Shown here piece after piece: positions 54,987-64,000 of a DNA stretch of 64,000 bases (position 1 is the first letter of the stretch; every line of letters starts with the position of its first letter). Below the pieces are notes generated by a model. The model saw nothing but the letters and a program-made list of their open reading frames with translations, searched no databases and had not been told where the DNA came from. Origin of the DNA: Octopus sinensis (taxonomy: Eukaryota). The position numbers were made by a program, and so were the translations under genes. The DNA is taken from the NCBI RefSeq assembly GCF_006345805.1, contig NC_043019.1, forward strand, positions 29,511,360-29,575,359, read 5' to 3'.

Positions 54987-55270
54987 TCATACATATATAC
55001 ATCCATACATATATATTCATAAATATATAAACACATACACACATATATACACATATTTGCACATATATATATGTGCATATATAAACACCTGCCAGATCTC
55101 CATATATATTGACATATCCATATATAAAATACACACAGACACACATATATATATATATATACATATAAATTTACATATAAATGAAAATGTATATAAATAT
55201 ATATGTATATTTATGCATATACACAAACATAAATACATATACAGAGGCATATATACACACAGACAAATAT
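54590..55270. repeat. Long compound TA/CA microsatellite with a 42-bp higher-order unit in about 3 copies
   Basis: Seen directly. It gives the [14 protein letters not shown] x3 periodicity in ORF 54578-55144. Confidence 0.95.
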
Positions 55271-55723
55271 ATCTTTATATTTTGACAAGCTTAAAAAAAA
55301 CTTCCTATAAATTTCTTATTTGTGTAGAGCTATCAAAATTTCTTGTAAAAACCAATAAAACTGAAAACGAGGTGCACTTGTGAAATGATATATAAATCAA
55401 GGTATAGCTATCTTGTTGAGAAAATTGTTTCACATCTATGTGGATTTAGGTTCAAGGCATCTTGGGTAAGCATTTTCTCTCATAGTTTTGGATTGATCTA
55501 TTTAAAAAGAATTTAGTAAATGGACACCTTATGAAAGCCCATGAGGTACCCATGTTCATGTGCATATGCACACAAACACACTTGCCTTTCCTTTTGAAAT
55601 GTATTGAAAATATGTGCTCTACAGCAGCAGTCCATAACCTTTTATTTTTTGCACCATGGAGCAGTTTCATGCAAGACAATTATTACTTGAACTGTGGACC
55701 ACGGACATAATAAAACACATTAA

Positions 55724-55944
55724 CCCTTTAGCATTTAAACCAGCCATATCCAGCCCAGATAGTCTACCTGTTTTATGTTGAAACTGGCCAGATACAGCCT
55801 CTCACACCTACCCTACAATGTCATTCTAAAACTAAACAATCACATCTTCAAAATCTTGAAGCTACAAGACACTACATGATCTTTTTTTTTTAAATGTGGA
55901 TAAATATGCATTACATTTGATAAATTAATCTGAATGCAAAAGGG
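55724..55944. mobile_element. piggyBac-type MITE nested in the hAT element
   Basis: TTAA|CCCTTTAGCATT...GCAAAAGGG|TTTA. Confidence 0.8.
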
Positions 55945-56022
55945 TTTAGGGTCGTAATACATAATTTAATTAATAAATAATAATTAAGAGCAACAGAAGC
56001 AGTATTAATACAAAAAAGTAAT

Positions 56023-56292
56023 ATTTATCCCCACTTAAAAGTGGCTGTTATATTAGAACACAGAATACTGTGAAGGTTTCCATGAGAGAAACTCTCATAT
56101 GGACAAGTGGTGCACATTAGCACTTGTGTTTATATAGCCAACAGCAGTAGTAATGGCAGTTGATTATCTCCCATTAGCGATATAAACAAGAGTGCCTATA
56201 TGCACCACAAACCCATATGAGAGGTTTTCTCACAGTATCTATTACAGTATTTTATGTTCTATCACAATATCCACTTTTAGTTGAGGATAAAT
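56023..56292. mobile_element. Foldback/MITE-like element (about 110-bp imperfect inverted arms)
   Basis: ATTTATCCCCACTTAAAAGTGG...CCACTTTTAGTTGAGGATAAAT. It shares the upstream AGAAGCAGTATTAATA with the 50.5-kb copy. Confidence 0.7.
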
Positions 56293-58274
56293 AACTTAAT
56301 TATTATACATATAATACATATATTAAGCAAAAAACACTCTCTAGATTGTGTTAGTAAATACAAGAGAAATAAAATTTTAAAATGTATTCCTTCTGTGCGG
56401 CCCAGTACCAAATGAATCATAGCCCAATATTGGCCTGTGACCTTGTAGTTGGGGATCCCTTCTCTACAGAATTCCTCACATAGAAGATTAATGAAAGCAA
56501 TCCTCCTTATATTATCATTGTCATCCTTTAATGTCTGCTACCTATTTTGACATGGGTTGGACAGTTTGACCAGAGCTGCACCAAGTTCCAGTCTGATTTG
56601 GCTTGGCTTCTATGGATGGATGCTCTTCCTAATGCCAACCACTTAACAGAGTGTGTTGAATGCTTTTTATGTGGCAATGGCATAGGTGCTTTTACAAGCT
56701 GGACAAAAATAAATACACAAACTCATGCTGTGCAAATCTATCCTTCAAAGCTTTAAATTCCAGTAGCAATGTATTCACCAATCACAACTGTCCTATAAAG
56801 AGGTAGCAATACATGCCACCATCGCTTCATCTTGAAGATGCGACAATGAAGATCTAGAAATGTTAATAGATTTAGGAACTTTATTTACTGTTCCAAACCA
56901 ACAAAAAGATACCATACAAAAGATATAATGTCAGATATAATGAGTCGGACAAGACTTCAGTGCAGTCTGATACCAAGTCCTCTTCAATTATAAGAGCCAG
57001 CCATGGTTATTTCTTTTGAACTCAAGATATGAAGAAATATTTTCTTTTTTTAGATTATTGAAATCTAAAGTGAATAAACCTATAAATAACAGCATGTAAA
57101 TATTGAGTTAAAAAAACCCTTTGAATAGAAAAGGTCAAAGTCTGCCCATAGGACACGAACCTGCATCCGCTGTAAATATGACATCCTTTAAATTTTACAA
57201 TCCAAATGTTTTTAACCAACTATATACACATTTATAACTTTATTTGCTTGAAGATGCACCATTCAAAAAATTTTTTTTAATTATTTCACATCCTCTTGAA
57301 GTTTATAAACTCTTAAGACATTAAAAACGAAGAAATATAACTAAAAGCTAAATATTGGTTTCAAATTTTGGCATCAGGCCAGCAGTTTTAGGGTCAGTGG
57401 GGTCTAGTTGATTACATTGACCCCACTACTCAACTAGTACTTATTTTATTAACCCTGAAAGTACGAAAAGCAGAGTCAACCTTGGTGGAATTTGAACTTA
57501 GAACTCAGGACATGCAAAATGCTGCTAAGTATTTTGCCAGCATGCTAATGAATCTGCCAGCTCACCACCTTAACTAAAAGCCAAATATTAATATCAAATA
57601 TAGATGCAAAGCCAGATTTTTTTGTGGTGGGGGGGTGTAGTTTAGGCATAGTTGAAGTAATTGGTTTAATTAACTCAGTAATTCACCGATACATATTTTA
57701 TTATGGCTGGAGAGATGAAAGCTGACCTCATCTATGCTACTATATTTCAGAAAAGGGAAAGCATGGCTGGAATGCTTTTAATCAATAAGGTCTACTCATT
57801 TAGACCTTAGCTAAGGCTGAATTAACAATGACTGAACCAACTCTATCTACCATTTAAAAAAAAATTTTTTTTTTCTGACTGCAGCATGTGCTTTGAAGGA
57901 GATTTGGTCACTATTTCTAATAGATTGAGCCAGCAGTCAAACTTCCCACTCCACCTTATTATTCTTCTTATTCTTTTTAATAATTTAATATGGAGGGAGG
58001 AGCAGTTCCTATGGTTTTTGCACAACAGTGTGAGGCTTAACCCTTTAATGCTCAGATTACTCTGCTAAATGCAATGTTTATTCATTCGTGTATATATCTC
58101 TTCTATTTCTTACTTGTTTCAGTCATTGGACAGTGGCCATGCTGAGGCACTGCCTTAAAGAATTTTAATCAAATTAATCACCCCCAGAACTTTCTTAAGA
58201 CTGGTAATTATTCTATCGGTCATTTTTGTCGAACCACTAAGTTAGAGATATGAAAACACCTTTGGTGATATACT

Positions 58275-58772
58275 ATGCTTGAAAAGACCGGTCAAGCCAA
58301 ATGAAATCATAGTCATGACTGATGCTGGTGTCATGTAACTGGCACTCATGCTGGTGGTGTGTAAAGAGCACCTTTCGTGTGTTGGGTCTCATGGAGGCAA
58401 AGTGGCTGAGTTCCTTTCAAGCATCGGGCCTCACAGAGGTGAGTTCCTTTTGAGCAGTGGGCCTCATGGAGCCAAAATGGCTAAGTTCCTTTTGAGTGTT
58501 GGGCCTCACGGAGACAATGACCGAGACCTTTGGCATTATTTTGTGCTTCAGAAGACCCACCAAGCCAAGCAAAATTATAGTCGTGTCATGCTGGTGGCAC
58601 ACAAAACACCCATTAAATTCTTGGAGTGGTTGGCATTAGGAAGGGCATCTAGCCATAGAAACTATACCAAATCAGACTGGCATCTGGTGCAGTCTTCCAG
58701 CTTGCCAGCCCTGGTCAAACCATCCAACCCATGCCAGCATGGACAACGGATGTTAAATGATGATGACGATAT
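58275..58772 (+). mobile_element. RTE LINE 3' end with internal tandem amplification
   Basis: NDRDLWHYFVLQKT motif and the tail CCCATGCCAGCATGGACAACGGATGTTAAATGATGATG. A GAGTTCCTTT..GGGCCTCA unit is repeated. Confidence 0.8.
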
Positions 58773-59719
58773 ATAATGCAGAACCACTTTGCAGACTGCA
58801 ATAGTCAATAAAATAAAATTTTTAATTTCATTTTGTTCATTCTCAGTGGTCTGGTACCAAATAATCTGCAGCTTGATACTCATCTGTGGCCTAGAGGTTG
58901 AGGAGCCCTGAAGAAGAGAATTCTTCATTTACTTGGGTTTCCCTTTGTAATTTATGAAATTTTTGGAGATGTGGCTGCTATTTCTAGGAGATTCAGCAAC
59001 CACACAGAAACTTCCCTGTTGATTTGTCATTGGCTCATTGTGTGGTTAGGGGCAGAGAAAGGTAGAACTGTTGTTAACTGAAAATACATATAATTGCCAC
59101 ATTTATTATATGGCATCTATCATTATTAACGCAGGTACTACCTGTTAGATCTCTGCAATTAAGCCAAAGCTAACAAGCCCGATTTATATCAAGATGAGAT
59201 GGATGTTGAAGAAGACTTGTTGGATTTTAGCCAGCTGCTTAAAGTGTGTATGTGGAGTAGGTTGGCCTTGCCAAGTTGTAAAAATATCTCCAGCAGCAAA
59301 AATAGGGGTTTGTTTGCACTATTAATTGCTTCCTTCTCCTCTTCCTAAGTATTAGGAATGTGGCTGCAGCAGCAATTTGAATTTTGGGGGAGAGGGGAGG
59401 GCTGCTAGCATGATTTTTAGGTCCACTTAGCAACATATGTCAACATACCATATATATATATATATAACATAGAAGAAAAATGAGTTCATTGCTGAGTGTA
59501 AGTCAAAACGAATTGTGTGTGTGTGTGTGTGTGTGTGTGTATAATACATACTCACACACATTTTCATGTGTGTATGTGCATGTGTATTTAGGCATAAGCA
59601 TGGCTGTGTGATAAGATGTTTGCTTCCCAGCCATGTGGTTCCAGGGTGAGTCCTTGTGCAAGTGTCTTCTACCATTGCTGTAAGGCAAACCAAAGTCTTA
59701 TGAATGGAAACTGAAAGAA

Positions 59720-59905
59720 GCCTGTCATATCTGTGTGTGTGTGTGCATGTGAGTGTGTGCATGTGCATGCGAGTGTGTGTGTGTGCATGCGAGTGTGTGT
59801 GTGTGTGCATGCAAGTGTGTGTGTGTGTGCATGCGAGTGTGAGTGTGTGCATGCGAGTGTGTGTGTGTGTGTGCATGTATGTGCTTGCACACACGCATGC
59901 ATGCA
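59720..59905. repeat. (GT)n tract punctuated by GCATGC/GCGA motifs
   Basis: Seen directly. It explains the HTHT/CVCV ORFs at 59427-60024. Confidence 0.9.
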
Positions 59906-61029
59906 TTAAAGTTTCCTTGACTTGACATTACATGACAGTTGTAAAAATGAGCATTGCCATCATACCAGCAGTGTGGATCATTTCCAATATTCTGTGAGAA
60001 CATGTCTGGCCATGTGGAAAACATTACCTCGGTCAGAAACAGGTAAAGGTTGGCATCAACAAGGGAATCTGATCATAGAAAACCTGCCACAGTAAAAAGT
60101 CTGACCCATCAACCCCAGTACTTGACTAGTACTTTATGTTATCAACCCTGAAAGGATGGAAGGTAAAGTCACCTTTGATGGCGTTTCAACTCAGAATGTA
60201 AAGCTGCAAGAAATGCTACTAAGCATTTTTGTCTCGTGTGCTAAAAATTCTGCCAGCTTCCTACCTTTTCCATAATAATAACGGTTTCAAATTTAGGCAC
60301 ACAGCCAGCAACTTTTGGATAAGGGATAAGTTAGTTACACTAACCCCAGCATTCTTCCAACCCTGAGAGGATGAAAGGCAAAGTTGACCTCAGTGGCATT
60401 TGAACTCAGCAAATAAAGCCAGAAAGTAGTGCCACTAAGCATTTTCTCCAGAATGATAATAATATTTCTTCCAGTTCACTGCCCTCATGATGATGATGAT
60501 AATGATAATAGTAATGAAAGATAAAAAAAATATATTAAGTTTTAATGACATTTCGAGTTTGTACACATTAAAAAACTGTTTACATACCAACTCATAACTT
60601 AGATAAGCTATCTATACAGATTAAAATCAAAAAACGAAAAAATTGTCAAGTTAACAATGAATGAGTTTAAAGTTTAAGAGAGTTGGGAGAAAACTACAAT
60701 AATTATATCAGCTTCACTGAATAAATTTGTCCACACAGTAGATTTACTGCCGGTAAACCCAGTCTTTCAATACAAGATTACAACAAGAGAACAATTGCTT
60801 AAGTAGTAAAGTATTGGCTATTATGATTATCAAATTAATAATATACAATGACCTATCACTACAGCAAAATTACATTTAACCCTTGTGATACCAACCTGTA
60901 GGAAACCAATCAGCTCCACTGGTTCTATTATACAAATTGTCTCGTTTTAAAGGTATTCAGATATAAATTAAAATATTTCATGGAGACTTTATGCAAGAAT
61001 CTTTTCAGAGTTATGCTTGTTTAACGGGT

Positions 61030-61632
61030 AGGAGTGGCTGTGTGGTAAGTAGCTTGCTTACGAACCACATGGTTCCAGGTTCAGTCCCACTGCGTGGCAC
61101 CTTGGGCAAGTGTCTTCTACTATAGCCTCGAGCTGACCAAAGCCTTGTGACCGGATTTGGTAGACGGAAACTGAAAGAAGCCCGTCGTATATACGTATAC
61201 ATATATATGTGTATGTTTGTGTGTCTGTGTTTGTCCCCCCCCAACATCGCTTGACAACTGATGCTGGTGTGTTTATGTCCCCGGAGCACCGCCTTTAGTC
61301 GAGCAAATCGACCCCGGGACTTATTCTTTGTAAGCCTAGTACTTATTCTATCGGTCTCTTTTGCCGAACTGCTAAGTGACGGGGACGTAAACACACCAGC
61401 ATCGGTTGTCAAACAATGCTAGGGGGGGACAAACACAGACACACAAACACATACACACACACATATATATTTATACATATACACGACAGGCTTCTTTCAG
61501 TTTCTGTCTACCAAATCCACTCACAAGGCATTGGTCGGCCCGGGGCTATAGCAGAAGACACTTGCCCAAGATGCCATTGAACCTGGAACCATGTGGTTGG
61601 TTAGCAAGCTACTTACCACACAGCCACTCCTG
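61030..61632. mobile_element. Tail-to-tail inverted pair of family B SINEs with a deleted junction
   Basis: The plus copy (61030-61283) stops at GTCCCCG. The minus copy (61284-61632) starts at GAGCACC and lacks its tail stem-loop. Confidence 0.9.
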
Positions 61633-61911
61633 CGCCAGTACTTCATATTTTTTTTCTTGTAAAGCCTGGTATTTATTTTATTGGTCCCTTTTGTTGAACC
61701 ACTAATTTATGGGGATGTAAACATACCAACACCAGTAGCTCAGCAGTGGTGTGATATGGACACACACACATGTATACAATGGATTTCTTCCAGTTTCCCT
61801 CTACCAAATCCACACACAAGGCCTTAGTTGCCCAAGGTGTCATGCAGTGGAATTGGACCCAGGACCATGTGGTTGAGATGTAAACTTCTTAACAGACAGC
61901 CAAACCAGCAC

Positions 61912-61964
<53 letters not shown>

Positions 61965-63734
61965 TTGTATGTGCCTGTGTTGAAGAATATAGAGAGAGAG
62001 GACAAAAGGGAATAAGCTTTGTTAACAAAAAGGTCAGCAGCTAGAATGTCAATGTAGAGGGGAGAGAGAGAAAGAAAGAGAAAGAGACTCTGTGTGTGTG
62101 TGTGTCAGAAGAACAGAGTGAGAGGGAAAAGTGAGAAAGTAGAGACTAAACCTTATGATATACTTAGATGAGAAGGCTAAATCACATTAATGATGAACAG
62201 AATAATATAGTTCTCAACTATTGATGAAAAATTCATTAAAAAAATTCATGTCAACAATGATAGAAGTTTCAACCTCAATAGTGTTGGTGTGAGATGAGTA
62301 AAATCAGAGAGAGAGAGGTATGTTGAGGTTAGATGTCTACAATATAAATGAAAGACAGCCAAATAATTTTTGGTGATTAAAGGAGTATGATGAATGAAGA
62401 GATAAACATTTGAGCCAGAGTAATTGGAGGGCTTTTGTTGTTGTTGAAGGTTTTGTCCAGGTGAGATAAATGATTGAAAAAAAAAGGTTAGAATACAGAG
62501 AGTAGCCCTCAACATAAGAGATGGAGTAGATATAGGAAATGAGAAATTTGTGTTTTAGGAAGAAATAGGCATGGGTTTTGTAGCTAATGTTGTTGTTGGC
62601 CTGGACCAAACAGATTTATGATCACAGGTTCTCCAGTCATGACCATCTCATACATCCAAGACTATATTATCCAATGTGGACTTCTTTTTTAAGACAGCAT
62701 GGAGTGCTTTGATGGATATCCAACAGCTATTTTTAACAGGTAGAGTAACCATATAATTGCTTCCTCATCTCATGTTAGTAGCTTCTTGTGCTGATGTTTA
62801 ACTCTAGATGAATCTTGATCAAACTGTTCCATCTACGGTCACTCTATCATATTTTAAGACAATGTATTCAACGATATTATCCAAAATGTGTGCTTAAAGT
62901 GTTAAGGTAATATTTGAGGGGAATTTGGCTACTTTTTCTAGCATTTCCCATAATCTAGTAAGATACTTCCTCATTGGCTTGAGTGACCTTTGTGTTAAAA
63001 GGACATGTTGAATTGATAATGAGATAGAAGAGGAAAGTTTGGGATATATAGAAATAAATATCCTACCAAAATGAGCAAGAATAAGCCTACAGATAAGACC
63101 TATGTGCTACAGCAGATAAGGCCTGCGTGTTACCAAGTTCATTCAATATGATATTTATTCTATCATTTTTGCCTCTGCAGAACCACATGCATAGCATCGT
63201 GATAAAGAATTCCTATTCACAATCACATAGTTGTGTGTTTGATCCTTCAGTTTAGCACCTTGGGTACATGTCATTCACCTACTATAAGCCCATCACAGAA
63301 TTATGCATTTTGTCTAGTGGGCACCATGGAAATTCCTCAGAACGAAAAAGCTTAAGAGAAGCTATTTAAGTGAGGAAGGATGATTTGCATTTTTATTTCT
63401 CTTAGTTATTTCGCTTCCAGTCACAGTAATATATAATTTTAAAATTTCCTTCCGCTAAGCACTTTATATTTTTCACTTTCTCTCTACCTCTTCAACAAAC
63501 TTTTTAACCATGTAATTCCCCTCTTCATGCCTATAACATCTCTCTGTTTCTCTTCACCTCTCACTTCCACTAACCACAAGAGTAACAGCATAATGCATTG
63601 GCTGGCTATCTTCTCTCTCTCACCTTCGCATTCCCTCTTCCTCTCTCTCACTCCACCTCCTGGTGCTCCTCTCTAACAAACTAAAGCGTAAACTGTGAAC
63701 AAACAGGTAGAAGACAAATATTATGGATTTTACG

Positions 63735-63975
63735 GAGATGTACTTGCATAGCAAGTGACCTGATCTGAGATCATGTGCTGGAACGAAAACAATTGCAGTG
63801 TGGAAAGTGTTTATAGGCCATTTAAGAAACACAAAAACTATTAGATTCATTTCAACATTTAAATTTAATTTGCCAAAATATTTTCGTCACTTTGAGACCG
63901 CAACCTGTTCTCTGACAAATATCCATGCTGTTTATTATGGATTTTGTTAAAAAAATACTTTTCAGTATCAACACA
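63735..63975 (-). mobile_element. Dispersed repeat, probable Penelope-like terminal fragment, carrying a hammerhead-like fold
   Basis: Part of it recurs in the opposite orientation at about 12965-13060. The hammerhead-like fold lies at 63870-63918. Confidence 0.5.
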
Positions 63976-64000
63976 CCACCACTATCATCATCACTATAGT

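Larger units (their letters stand above)
55625..56461 (-). mobile_element. hAT/Charlie (MER1-like) element with perfect 8-bp TSD and two nested insertions
   Basis: Ends CAGCAGTCCATAACC and AGTTGGGGATCCCTT. TSD CTCTACAG at 55617-55624 and 56462-56469. Same family as 27951-28305. Confidence 0.85.

Noticed and set aside
57140-57175. tRNA gene
   Set aside because: Only a partial T-arm-like motif is present, with no cloverleaf. All other tRNA-like sequences are SINE heads.
58348-58776. 142-aa ORF with internal repeats
   Set aside because: It derives from the RTE ORF2 tip and tandemly amplified 3' UTR.
61011-61705. 133-aa and 99-aa ORFs (RRASFSFRLPNP...RHLPKV)
   Set aside because: They are antisense translations of family B SINEs, and the same peptide recurs at 10064 and 48458.

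Overview
A visibly AT-rich, repeat-dense eukaryotic window. It is most likely from an octopod cephalopod, inferred from the SINE, LINE and MITE families and the very long TA/CA/TACA microsatellites; this is not database-confirmed. I cannot confidently identify any cellular protein-coding gene, rRNA, tRNA gene or CRISPR array. Nearly all ORFs in the track are microsatellite or transposon artefacts, and a few short unlinked exon candidates remain unproven. Best-supported content: tRNA-derived SINEs (two with target-site duplications), RTE- and CR1/L2-type LINE 3' fragments, piggyBac-type TTAA MITEs, and hAT/Charlie-type MITEs (two with perfect 8-bp TSDs). There are also two related foldback elements and a minus-strand mini-Helitron with both termini and a decayed RepHel N-terminal fragment. 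Most notable: (1) several minimal type I hammerhead ribozyme motifs of the Penelope-like-element type, one in an 81-bp-arm palindrome and two with non-canonical cores (U at position 6; swapped G3:C8 pair); (2) a 3' stem-loop shared by a LINE and SINE tails with compensatory base changes; (3) a hAT MITE whose subterminal palindrome has expanded into an 18-bp minisatellite. All family names come from recalled motifs, not from searches.
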